NCBI GenBank assembly: GCA_963727825.1
Contig: CAVSHO010000001.1
Location: forward strand, 256,001-320,000
DNA: 64,000 bases
Direction: 5' to 3'
Origin: Ignavibacteriota bacterium
Lineage (GTDB): Bacteria; Bacteroidota; Ignavibacteria; UBA10030
Each line of letters starts with the position of its first letter. Position 1 is the first letter of the stretch. Positions 53,568 through 63,099 of this stretch are shown here, in pieces. The position numbers were made by a program, and so were the translations under genes. The notes beneath the pieces are model-generated. The model was not told where the DNA came from. It saw nothing but the letters and a program-made list of their open reading frames with translations, and ran no database searches.

Positions 53568-53824
53568 ACTGTCAGTATTGATTTTTATTACTGTACATAT
53601 TTTTAGAAGCAATAGTCTTTTATTCACATACCTCATATATTCGTCGTTGAATGCTCTTTCTCATCCGCTTGATGTTTTGCAACACATACCGGCGTATGGA
53701 AAATGAAACATAGCTTGCTAAAGACAACCCTTCGGGCAAACCAACTCTCGCTCTACTAAGCCGCAAGGTGAGGAGACTTTCTATTGAGGATTTTCCAAGG
53801 CTCAAGAATTCAGCACTTTTATCC

Positions 53825-53853
53825 TTGCCCTCCCAATCGGGAAAATGTATATT
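53825..53853 (+). promoter_or_regulatory. Sigma70-type promoter upstream of the cassette-like gene
   Basis: TTGCCC-17 nt-TATATT. Confidence 0.55.
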
Positions 53854-53996
53854 TAAGGCAAGAACAATTCCGAACCGCTGCAGTTACCATTATAGAAGTT
53901 TAACGCGAAATTGAAATTGGTTATGCGGCAGCTTTTTACTCGCTGTTTTAGTAGCGGATGTTACCATCTGTTAGGTGGGTACAATTATTAATTACA

Positions 53997-54377
53997 ATGA
54001 TTTGCAAATACGAATATAAAAACGGTCTCTTATTCCAGATATTTCCCGATGTTCTAACTGTTCATGACATTTATCCACTTGCTAAGGAAATGGATATTAT
54101 TGACAATGAATATTCTATTATGCCAAATCGTCTTGTTAATCTCCAACCAATAAAATATTTTAATGGAGACTTCAATTCAGTACTTGATCTAGCAAATATA
54201 CGTATAGCAAAAAAATTCCCAAATCAATTTAAATCAGCATTGTTAGTTGCAAATGATTTACAGTTAGGATTTGCCCGTATGTTTCATACTCTCAGCGATA
54301 ATCCGCAAATAACAATGGAAATATATATGGATGAGTTAAAAGCTATTGAGTGGTTAAAAACCAAAGGTACTCACTAA
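53997..54377 (+). CDS. Small AT-rich hypothetical protein (STAS/SEC14- or SpoIIAA-like)
   Basis: KSALLVANDLQLGFARMF...EAIEWL-type pattern (here KAIEWL); the ATG at 53997 is preferred. Confidence 0.65.
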   Translation: MICKYEYKNGLLFQIFPDVLTVHDIYPLAKEMDIIDNEYSIMPNRLVNLQPIKYFNGDFNSVLDLANIRIAKKFPNQFKSALLVANDLQLGFARMFHTLSDNPQITMEIYMDELKAIEWLKTKGTH

Positions 54378-54535
54378 ACTAGACGCTCTAGGTTATCAAA
54401 TAGCGGAATTTCACAAGCAATGCTCCTCAACAAGCTGAGGGAATAAGTTCGACTACGTTAAAAAGCAAACTTCGGCGTGCAGGCTTAATGTAAGATTTAT
54501 TACGTGCATAGGTGTTGTATAAATTTTAAAGTTAT

Positions 54536-54702
54536 TAAAAGGCGTCTCAAAAACAACATTTGCTGTCAGGCTGAGGGTTCGTCTGAGCTCACGCCGAAGG
54601 CTTGTCGAAGTCTGATCTGTAGCAAATTCCGTCACCCTTCGTGCTTCGACCTTGCTTAGCATGGCTCAGGGTGACTTATAATCATTTTTGAGATAACTTC
54701 TA
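54536..54702. mobile_element. MITE-like element, copy 2
   Basis: TAAAAGGCGTCTCAAAAAC ... ATTTTTGAGATAACTTCTA; colinear with copy 3 over 167 nt. Confidence 0.8.
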
Positions 54703-54791
54703 GAATGAACTTCTTACGTTTTCTACATTTTGATGGTTAGAAACGCTGCAGGTTTTGAGATATAACAGGATTATTTTCATAAGGATAAAGA

Positions 54792-55601
54792 ATGATACAA
54801 TCGATTTTCAAAGATAAGGTGGTCATCATTACCGGAGCTTCAAGTGGAATTGGCAGGGAGCTCGCTTATCAGCTAGCAGAGCAAGGTTCATGGTTATCGC
54901 TTGCTGCACGTAACAAAGAACGCTTAGAATCGGTAAAAACAGAATGTGAAAGTCGCGGGGGCAAAGCGATTGCTCTTTTGACAGATGTGAGTGAGCCTAC
55001 ACAGTGTGCTGCATTGATTCATCAGACTTTGGAACACTATTCGCGACTTGATATGCTTATCAATAATGCCGGAAGGACGATGTATGCGAATTTTGAAGAT
55101 GTCCGTGATCCGAGTATTTTTGAGAAACTCATGCGCGTAAATTATCTGGGAAGTGTTTATTGTACATATTACGCTTTGCCGTACCTGAAACAAACGCATG
55201 GACGCATTATCGGTATATCTAGTTTGACCGGTAAAACGGGTGTGCCGACGCGGAGCGGCTATGCGGCGAGTAAACATGCGATGGCGGGATTTTTTGACTC
55301 TCTGCGCATCGAAGTGTCACAATATAACATAAGTGTAACGATGATCTATCCTGGCTTTGTGGCGACGACTGTGCGAGAACAAGCAGTTGGCGAGGATGGC
55401 CAGTCTGTAGGTCGAAGTACAGTACAAGAGAGTAAAGTAATGCCGGTTGAGACATGTGCGAAAATAATTCTTCGAGCTGCTGCACAGCGTAAGCGGGAAG
55501 TGGTGATGACGCTGCGGGGCAAACTCGGGATGTGGCTAAAGCTGATTGCACCCGGACTGGTTGATTACATTGCTCGCCGTGCTATCCGCACAGGGTATTA
55601 A
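54792..55601 (+). CDS. SDR family oxidoreductase
   Basis: TGASSGIG, NNAG and YAASK. Confidence 0.93.
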   Translation: MIQSIFKDKVVIITGASSGIGRELAYQLAEQGSWLSLAARNKERLESVKTECESRGGKAIALLTDVSEPTQCAALIHQTLEHYSRLDMLINNAGRTMYANFEDVRDPSIFEKLMRVNYLGSVYCTYYALPYLKQTHGRIIGISSLTGKTGVPTRSGYAASKHAMAGFFDSLRIEVSQYNISVTMIYPGFVATTVREQAVGEDGQSVGRSTVQESKVMPVETCAKIILRAAAQRKREVVMTLRGKLGMWLKLIAPGLVDYIARRAIRTGY

Positions 55602-55627
55602 TGTAGATTGACATCAGAGGAACATCA

Positions 55628-55819
55628 ATGAATTTTGCAAAGTTTATAGCAGCGCAGCTCCGTCAGCCGTCAGGTTTTTTTGGGCGATATGTGATGGTGC
55701 ATCTCCTCAATCGCTTAAACGTATCCATAAACACTCTGGCGTTTGAAGCTCTGCAACTTGATCCTTGTGACTTTGTACTGGAAGTTGGCTTCGGCGGTGG
55801 TGAAATCGAATGCGGATGA
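55628..55819 (+). pseudogene. Truncated class I SAM-dependent methyltransferase
   Basis: QLRQPSGFFGR...VLEVGFGGG (motif I), then stops after five more residues. Confidence 0.75.
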
Positions 55820-55883
55820 GTCCTTTAATAATTCTATTGGTGAGATTGCAGAGAAAAATAATATAGAAATGGAAGGGAAGTAG

Positions 55884-56300
55884 ATGGAAAATTTTCAAAT
55901 GGTCGCAGCAAAGATGATAACTGAAATGGAGAGTCATGCAAGAAAACTTGGAGTGAAAGGAGTCATAGTGATCGCGAGTATGGATGATTCCGGTTTTTCA
56001 TGGATGTCTCAAATGAAAGCCGTGGATAGCATAAAGGTGCTTGACGATAGTCCCGAAAAGAAACAATACTCCGGTTATAACTTTATTGGGATTGCTTACT
56101 CGAAAGCAGCAGAAATGGCTGACACGAAGTTAGATAGTGGAAGTAAGGTAAGACCAGCTTACCAGGGAGAATTTGGTTATCAGGGTGGTGTGATAAAAGA
56201 AGTTCAGTCGGGATATATATTGTCGGTTTTTAGCGGCGCTACTAGTGAACAGGATTTAGAAATAGCCAAAGCCGGGATGAGCGTATATCAGATAGAATAA
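55884..56300 (+). CDS. GlcG/HbpS-like (heme-binding-like) small protein
   Basis: IAYSKA...GGV..FSGATSEQDLEIAKAG pattern. Confidence 0.65.
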   Translation: MENFQMVAAKMITEMESHARKLGVKGVIVIASMDDSGFSWMSQMKAVDSIKVLDDSPEKKQYSGYNFIGIAYSKAAEMADTKLDSGSKVRPAYQGEFGYQGGVIKEVQSGYILSVFSGATSEQDLEIAKAGMSVYQIE

Positions 56301-56519
56301 AACAAATAATTTCATTATGATTTACTATTACGATTGCCTCTTGTAGCTGTTAATTTTTCAGTTCTAATGCAGGACGCAATGAATTATACGCCTGCCGAAG
56401 AAAGAGTTCTCAGTTATAGAGAATTACTTGATAATTATCTATATGTAAAGGAACCCTTTCGCTTACTGCAGATGTTTATATTATTGTTCCACATAATAAA
56501 TTATCCAAGGAGATGTCCT

Positions 56520-57350
56520 ATGATTAAGAAAACTATTTTCATCATGCTTGCTGTTGCATTAATTGTAACACTGGTCAATGCGCAAACGCAGTTGCGCATC
56601 CCACAGCTAAGTCAAGCGGCTAAAATCTCTCAGTCTATTGGTTTAAGTGAAGTTTCGATTTCTTATCATCGTCCGGGTGTGAAAGGACGTGAAATCTGGG
56701 GTGGATTGTTACCATATGACGTCGTCTGGCGGGCTGGCGCTAACGAACCAACTCTCATAACTTTTAATGACGATGTGACAATCGAAGGGAAGAAACTCAA
56801 AGCCGGAACATATCGGTTCGTAGTAATTCCTTCAAAGACTGGGGATTGGGCTTTGATCTTCAACACAGAGATCAAGAATTGGGGAACAGTGTATGATGCA
56901 AAGTATGACACATTAAAAATAATGGTAAAACCGGAAAGCGGATCGCATGAAGAGTGGATGTCATTTAGTTTCACAGATCTGACTCCAGCCTCTGCCCGTA
57001 TTGTGCTCGCGTGGGAAAAAATCCGATTGAGCTTTAAGTTCGAAATCAACTTGCTTGCGAAATTGCAGGCGTCGTTGGGAACGTGGCAAATGCTCAACAG
57101 TGCGGCGCGGTTCGCACTCGACAATAAAATGTACCTTGAAGAAGGACTTGGGTGGGCAGAACGCTCTATCTCTCTTGAAAAGAATGCGCGTAACCTCCAG
57201 ACCAAAGCAGAACTCCTTGCTCAAATCGGTAAGATTGATGGCGCAATCGCAACGGCTGAAGAAGCCGTGAAGATAACGAAGGAAAAAGATCCGAAAGCAA
57301 ATACAAGCGGATTAGAAAAGATGATTGCAGATTGGAAAGCGAAGAAGTAA
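56520..57350 (+). CDS. DUF2911-domain protein with C-terminal TPR
   Basis: AAGGAG RBS, signal peptide, YHRPGVKGREIWGGL.PY..VWRAGANE. Confidence 0.88.
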   Translation: MIKKTIFIMLAVALIVTLVNAQTQLRIPQLSQAAKISQSIGLSEVSISYHRPGVKGREIWGGLLPYDVVWRAGANEPTLITFNDDVTIEGKKLKAGTYRFVVIPSKTGDWALIFNTEIKNWGTVYDAKYDTLKIMVKPESGSHEEWMSFSFTDLTPASARIVLAWEKIRLSFKFEINLLAKLQASLGTWQMLNSAARFALDNKMYLEEGLGWAERSISLEKNARNLQTKAELLAQIGKIDGAIATAEEAVKITKEKDPKANTSGLEKMIADWKAKK

Positions 57351-57367
57351 AAACGAATATTACACAC

Positions 57368-57407
57368 GACGCCTTCCGGGAAATTATATCTTTCGGAAGG
57401 CGTTTTT
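57368..57407 (+). terminator. Rho-independent terminator
   Basis: GACGCCTTCCGGGAA...TTTCGGAAGGCGTT followed by T-rich sequence. Confidence 0.8.
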
Positions 57408-57484
57408 ATTTCTGGTTAACTGATGTTATACAAAGCCATCATATGTGTTGATAAACATAACATGTAATAGAGTAAAGAATACCA

Positions 57485-57517
57485 ACCCTTAATCCCCTCC
57501 TCGTTTGAGGAGGGGAA
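57485..57517. repeat. REP-like GC hairpin
   Basis: TCCCCTCCTC-GTTT-GAGGAGGGGA perfect palindrome in the convergent intergenic region. Confidence 0.55.
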
Positions 57518-57631
57518 ATTCCGACGTTTGATATTATATCGCGTCGGGATGGGGAGGTGGACAATTATATAATCCTTTGAAGAAAAACATGCAGTGCATA
57601 ACATAAATGATCAAAATATTTTTCGCAGTAG

Positions 57632-59341
57632 CTATGATGATGTCAAAATGCCGGAAGTTTTACTTCTCTCGAAAACGGATAGAATAATGCCAATACCAAC
57701 CACAACAAAACACCCGATTACGTTATACCACAACCAGGCGATAGATGTGAATCGAAAACAATACAATACTACAATCTCACCAAACAAGGCGCCAACGAAT
57801 GCGGCTGTTCCCTTGACCGATTTGAAATAGAACGCCAGAAGAAAAACACCAAGCATCGTTCCATAAAAGAGTGAACCAAGAATATTTACCGCCTCAATCA
57901 GAGATCCCATCCTGCCCGCATACTGCGCGAATGCAATTCCATATAAACCCCAGAATGCCATCATTATACGCGAGACTAAAAGATAATGCTTTTCATTTGC
58001 CTCACGTTTAATGAAACGTTTATAGATATCAATGATAGAGGTTGTTGCCAGAGCGCTTAATTCACCGGATGATGAAGACATCGAAGCAGCAAAAATACAC
58101 GCAAAGATTAGTCCTACCAATCCTACTGGCAAGTAGGTCAACACAAAACTTAGGAAAATATAATTTGTATCACTTGTGTCGGATTTGCGGTTGTTTTCTG
58201 CAATAAGTTGAGATGCATCTGCGCGGACTGCATCATATTGTTGTTGGAGCAACTGTAGTTCTTTTTTTTTCTCGGTGACCCGGACATCATCGTGTTGATG
58301 CCGAGCTTGCAGGTATTCTTTTATCTCTTCCGATTTCTTCTGAAATAAATTATTGTGCTTATCTTCCAATTGCCGGAAATCTTGTGCATGCACTCCCGAT
58401 TTTACTTTTCCTGCTTCAACAGGATTAAAAATAAGCGGGGGTTGAACGAATTGAAAGAATACAAATACCATCACTCCAATGAACAGTATAAAGAACTGCA
58501 TCGGCACTTTTGCCAGACCGTTGAATAACAACGCAAGACGACTTTGCGTGACCGATTCGCCGGTCAAATACCGCTGAACCTGCGACTGATCTGTTCCGAA
58601 ATAGGCAAGCGCAACGAACATACCGCCAATAATGCCCGACCAAACATTATATCGGTTACTGAAATCGAGAGAGAAATCGACTGTGTTTAGCTTTCCCATT
58701 ACAGCGGAGACAGAAAGAGCGTCGGTGAAAGAGATTTCTTTGGGAAGTAAATAAAGAGCAACACCAAGCGCGATACACATTCCAGCCATAATTATAATGA
58801 GTTGAAAAAAATCTGTATAGTTAACTGCTTTAACGCCTCCGGAGGTTGTATAGATGATTACGATGCCACCGATGATAATAGAGGTAATCCTTATATCCAT
58901 ACCAAGCATAACAGAAAGGATAAGCGATGGCGCATATATTGTTATTCCGGCAGCGAGTCCTCTTGAGATGAGGAAGATTAGAGTTATCAGCACTCTGGTT
59001 TTTGTATCGAAACGATTTTCAAGATATTCGTAAGCTGTATAGACCCCGAGTTTGTGGAAGATAGGAACGGCAGTGATGCAAAGAATTACCATCGCTATTG
59101 GCAGGCCAAAATAGAACTGCACAAATCGCATCCCGTCCGTGTATGCTTGACCTGGGGTCGATGTAAAGGTGATGGCGCTTGCTTGCGTTGCCATAATTGC
59201 GAGCGCGACCGTATACCACTTCATTGATCTATCTGCTAATAAAAAGCCCTTTATGTTTCGGCTTCCGCGTCCTTTCCACATCCCATAGAGAACGATGAAG
59301 AGGAGAGTTGTTGCAAGCACAATCCAGTCAAGTTGTTTCAT
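57632..59341 (-). CDS. Sodium:solute symporter
   Basis: ATQASAITF, GTDQSQVQRYL and AASMSS. Confidence 0.92.
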   Translation of the reverse strand: MKQLDWIVLATTLLFIVLYGMWKGRGSRNIKGFLLADRSMKWYTVALAIMATQASAITFTSTPGQAYTDGMRFVQFYFGLPIAMVILCITAVPIFHKLGVYTAYEYLENRFDTKTRVLITLIFLISRGLAAGITIYAPSLILSVMLGMDIRITSIIIGGIVIIYTTSGGVKAVNYTDFFQLIIIMAGMCIALGVALYLLPKEISFTDALSVSAVMGKLNTVDFSLDFSNRYNVWSGIIGGMFVALAYFGTDQSQVQRYLTGESVTQSRLALLFNGLAKVPMQFFILFIGVMVFVFFQFVQPPLIFNPVEAGKVKSGVHAQDFRQLEDKHNNLFQKKSEEIKEYLQARHQHDDVRVTEKKKELQLLQQQYDAVRADASQLIAENNRKSDTSDTNYIFLSFVLTYLPVGLVGLIFACIFAASMSSSSGELSALATTSIIDIYKRFIKREANEKHYLLVSRIMMAFWGLYGIAFAQYAGRMGSLIEAVNILGSLFYGTMLGVFLLAFYFKSVKGTAAFVGALFGEIVVLYCFRFTSIAWLWYNVIGCFVVVGIGIILSVFERSKTSGILTSS

Positions 59342-59481
59342 TTAAACGCTTCGGAAAAGGAATAGAAAAGAATTATCAATACCAATAAATTCAGAAGAAC
59401 GACAAGATAGATTTTTTTCCAAGAACCGAGGATGGGCGGCTTCTCTTCAATGATGACTTTATCAGAATTCAAGTATTCCAT
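59338..59481 (-). CDS. 47-aa single-TM membrane protein
   Basis: MEYLNSDKVIIEEKPPILGSWKKIYLVVLLNLLVLIILFYSFSEAFK*; ATGA overlap with the SSS start; GGAG RBS; below the ORF-track cutoff. Confidence 0.8.
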   Translation of the reverse strand: MEYLNSDKVIIEEKPPILGSWKKIYLVVLLNLLVLIILFYSFSEAFK

Positions 59482-59519
59482 CTTTCTCCGTCCTGAGTGG
59501 TTGGCGCTTATTTTTTATT

Positions 59520-62024
59520 TCAGCGATATGCGGCTTTCTGTAATGGTTGGCGATTACCATGCAGTGAAAGAATGTTAGCAAATAAACGATACGCCCCTTC
59601 CACGCCTGCAGGCAATTGACGGAAGAATGCGTAGGCACAAAACACATAGTATCCTTTTCCATACTTTGCTGCCAACAAACCACCTGCCCGATCCGGTTCA
59701 TTCGTATCGTGGCAACTAATAACTGAGTCATACTTTGTGTCCCAACGATCGGCAAAATACAGTCCCCGTTCTTGAACCCATCCCTTGAAATCTTCCTCAG
59801 TGATTTTGTTGGGGGTCGTCAATAAAGGATGCTCCCGATTCACGAAAGTGATTTTAGCATCTTCTTCTGTAACTCGATCGCGTGATATATTCAATGGATA
59901 TGGTCCAATATTTTCCGATTCAATTCTCTGCGCAGTAACATATTGGACTACATATGTTCCTCCGCGTTTAATATAGTCCAGAAGACGTTGCTGGTGAATT
60001 CGAAGTTTCGGTCGTGTGTTGTACGCCCTCACTCCTGCGACGATAACATCGTATTGATCAAGATTTCCCTTAGCAAGTTCTTCATCTGAAAGAAGTGCAA
60101 CTGAATATCCCATCTGCCGGATTGCGGAAGGTACATCGTCTCCGGCTCCCATAATGTATCCGACAGAGCGGCCATTTTTTCTTAGATCAATTTTTAAAAG
60201 TCTTCCCTCAGCGAGTGGAAACATTATCTGCGGTGGAATGTGCTTATACTGCGCAATTTGTAGACCTCGGTCAACAATTGTTTTCCCAATCTCAACTTCT
60301 CCAGTGAACGTACCGCTCTTCGCCCCTTTAAGTGGATGCACAGCAAAGGAGAAAGTCTGCTCCTCGTCCTTATTTTGAAATTGAAACTCAGACTGTTCAG
60401 GCTTAACACTCCAAAATTCCGGTAGTTTTAATTTTACTATTCCATGTGTATTCGATATTGAGGTTTTGAGAGAAAGTATTATTTGTCGTTCGAATAAATC
60501 CGGAAATAACACAATTGGTTCCTGAATATTAACTACAACCGGGGGAACAATTTCAAAAGGACGCAATAATTCTCCATCTATTGGGTCAATGACTCTTTGA
60601 TGCAACGGGATATCAATTTTCAATTTACCATCTGGTGAAGAGAGTATAACTGTGATATTGATAGGCGGCTCGTTTTCCGGTTGACCAATCAATAAATGGT
60701 TTGAAATATTGTATGAGCCAATATCAGGTTTCTCCAACAACCAGTACGGTTGAGTATAATTGATTTGTTCTGGCAGTTTCAATGTAAAGTTTGAACGGAT
60801 GGGCTTGTTTGTTTCAAGTTTTGAGCGGAAGAGAGTATCAATTCCGCCAAATGGCAATATGATGCGTTCAAGAATAAAAGGATATGCCGACCGGTTGACA
60901 AACGAAGTGGTGAGTTTCACTTCACCGCCCGGAATTGCGGAATTATCTGGAGTTGCGGCGTCAATCCATAATCCTGCACAAGAAAGAATCACATGTGTCA
61001 ATTTTTCCTTTTTGAAAATAACCCATGGGTCTTGTGTGAGAGAGTTAAGCAAATTCAAGGCTTTGAATAGCAATGGAATCGATTGAGCCGGTGCTTCACC
61101 ATCGAACTTCCGATAGGCTTCGTCAAGAATTTTTCCTACGCTATCCGCGCCTTTTACTCTTGACCATCCAGTGTTGATTCCATCAAAAAGATCTTTTTTT
61201 GCAGTATCCCCGGCAACGTGTTGGAAGTAGTTCAAAGACTCACCGCGGCTTTGCCCGGCACCCATACCTTGACTTTTGTGCATACTCCGTCCCTCGCCGG
61301 CAATTTCTGTAAATGATTTTCCAAGCAGAGGAGAATAAGTTCCAACGTCTATGGTCATCATAGGCATAGCTTTCTGCATTGTATCGGTTTGTAATGGACG
61401 GAATCCATTCCACACAATTCGCTTCGCTTGCCATGTCGATACATACTGAAGCTGTTTCGGGAAACGAGATGGATCTGCAGCGGCACGAAATGCTTCCTCT
61501 GCAAGTATCGCAGATGCTGTGTGATTTCCGTGACCTCCAAGTGTCGGTGTGAAACGCGTTATGATAACATCAGGTCTGAATGTACGAATGACCCAAACTA
61601 CATCAGCAAGAGCTTTTTCTTTTCCCCAGAAGCGAAGAGTTTCTTCCGATGTCTTGGAGAAGCCGAAGTCAATTGCGCTCGTGAAGTATTGTTCTGCGCC
61701 ATCAATTCTTCGTGCAGCAAGAAGTTCCTGAGTTCGGATTAATCCCAGCATTTCCCCCTGTTCGGGGCCAAGTAGGTTTTGACCTCCTTCGCCGCGTGTA
61801 ATCGATAGATATGCAGTTCGATAACACCTATCCTGTGCAAGAGTAGCAAGCAATGCTGTATTTTCATCATCTGGATGTGCAGCGATGTAAAGAACCGATC
61901 CCAGCACCGTGAGTTTCTTTAATGCTAATTTGATCTCTGCAGCGTCCCGTGGATCTGATGATTGAGCATATACTGATTGAGCAATGAGAAATATTAGTAG
62001 AAGCAACGAGGTTCGTCGAATCAT
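59520..62024 (-). CDS. Secreted PIG-L family deacetylase with Ig-like and GATase-like C-terminal domains
   Basis: AAHPDDEN, TRGEGGQN, DFGFSK, HGNH and SMHKSQG; GYIMGAGD. Confidence 0.92.
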   Translation of the reverse strand: MIRRTSLLLLIFLIAQSVYAQSSDPRDAAEIKLALKKLTVLGSVLYIAAHPDDENTALLATLAQDRCYRTAYLSITRGEGGQNLLGPEQGEMLGLIRTQELLAARRIDGAEQYFTSAIDFGFSKTSEETLRFWGKEKALADVVWVIRTFRPDVIITRFTPTLGGHGNHTASAILAEEAFRAAADPSRFPKQLQYVSTWQAKRIVWNGFRPLQTDTMQKAMPMMTIDVGTYSPLLGKSFTEIAGEGRSMHKSQGMGAGQSRGESLNYFQHVAGDTAKKDLFDGINTGWSRVKGADSVGKILDEAYRKFDGEAPAQSIPLLFKALNLLNSLTQDPWVIFKKEKLTHVILSCAGLWIDAATPDNSAIPGGEVKLTTSFVNRSAYPFILERIILPFGGIDTLFRSKLETNKPIRSNFTLKLPEQINYTQPYWLLEKPDIGSYNISNHLLIGQPENEPPINITVILSSPDGKLKIDIPLHQRVIDPIDGELLRPFEIVPPVVVNIQEPIVLFPDLFERQIILSLKTSISNTHGIVKLKLPEFWSVKPEQSEFQFQNKDEEQTFSFAVHPLKGAKSGTFTGEVEIGKTIVDRGLQIAQYKHIPPQIMFPLAEGRLLKIDLRKNGRSVGYIMGAGDDVPSAIRQMGYSVALLSDEELAKGNLDQYDVIVAGVRAYNTRPKLRIHQQRLLDYIKRGGTYVVQYVTAQRIESENIGPYPLNISRDRVTEEDAKITFVNREHPLLTTPNKITEEDFKGWVQERGLYFADRWDTKYDSVISCHDTNEPDRAGGLLAAKYGKGYYVFCAYAFFRQLPAGVEGAYRLFANILSLHGNRQPLQKAAYR

Positions 62025-62078
62025 ATATGATTATCCAGTGTTTTATTTTTATTTGAAGAGGTGCATTTTTTCACTTAC

Positions 62079-62107
62079 AATTTACGATTCACGCCCTCAA
62101 CCTGCAA
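62079..62107 (-). promoter_or_regulatory. Sigma70-type promoter for the PIG-L operon
   Basis: Minus strand TTGCAG-17 nt-TAAATT. Confidence 0.55.
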
Positions 62108-62240
62108 GGACGATTAAATATTGAGGATCCGTCCTAACAAAGGGAAGAGATATGATATTAGTATTGAATGCAGATAAAAAGTGAGGTGGAGTTCCCTTTG
62201 AAAAGACATTAAAGAGATAGGAATATTATCTATAATTTAT

Positions 62241-62407
62241 TAGAAGTTATCACAAAAATACAATTTACTGTCAGACTGAGCGTTCGCCTGAGCTCACGCC
62301 GAAGGATTGTCGAAGTCTGATCTGTGGAATATTCCGTCACTCCTCGTGCTTCGACTTTGCTCAGCATGATTCAGGGTGACTTAAAATCATTTTTAAGAGG
62401 GCTTCTA
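62241..62407. mobile_element. MITE-like element, copy 3
   Basis: TAGAAGTTATCACAAAAAT ... ATTTTTAAGAGGGCTTCTA; sits just beyond the phoU stop. Confidence 0.8.
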
Positions 62408-62415
62408 ATAAACTT

Positions 62416-63078
62416 CTATTTTTCTTCTGCATGGTGCTTGACTACGCGTGCTTGAATATAGAAAATTACTTCTTCTGCAATGTTGGTTGTTAGATCTGCA
62501 ACGCGCTCTAAGTTCCGGCTCACACGGCTCAATTCCAATCCACATTCGATTGTTTGAGTATTGCTCTTCACCAATTCAATAATTCTTCTGGCCACCAATC
62601 GATTCAAGTCATCAATCTGATCGTCAGTTTCTAAGACGAGAAGCGCTTTTGCAGGATCAAGGAGGATAAAGCTATCGAGTGCTTCTTTGAGCATCATCTT
62701 TGTGATATCTGCCATCTTTGGAATTTCTTCCAGCATCTCTACAGTCGGAAATGAGCAGAGCGTTTGAGCAGCTTCTGCGATATTTACTGCATGGTCGCCA
62801 ATTCGCTCAAGATCATTGTTGATTTTTTGCGCTGCGATGATAAATCGCAAATCACTGGCTACCGGCTGCTGCAATGCGAGCAAATCGATAACTGCATTGT
62901 CGATTTCAATTTCAAGCGAATCAACGCGTTTGTCTGTTTCGATAACCTTGTGAGCAAGCTCGTCGCTCTTTTCCAGAACTGCACGGATCGCTAATGCGAT
63001 ATTTTCTTCTACCACACTTCCCATTTTAATAAGTGAGGTTTTAAGACTTTCTAATTCCCTTTGAAAGTGGCGTTCCAT
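62416..63078 (-). CDS. phoU: Phosphate signalling protein PhoU
   Basis: QQPVASDLR, DLERIGDHAVNIA and LERVAD..NIAE. Confidence 0.96.
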   Translation of the reverse strand: MERHFQRELESLKTSLIKMGSVVEENIALAIRAVLEKSDELAHKVIETDKRVDSLEIEIDNAVIDLLALQQPVASDLRFIIAAQKINNDLERIGDHAVNIAEAAQTLCSFPTVEMLEEIPKMADITKMMLKEALDSFILLDPAKALLVLETDDQIDDLNRLVARRIIELVKSNTQTIECGLELSRVSRNLERVADLTTNIAEEVIFYIQARVVKHHAEEK

Positions 63079-63099
63079 TGCTTTTATCTCCTATCGTTA

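Noticed and set aside
53733-53800. c-di-GMP-I riboswitch (GGGCAAACC start)
   Set aside because: It lacks the GAAA-capped P2 and the GCAAAGC junction.
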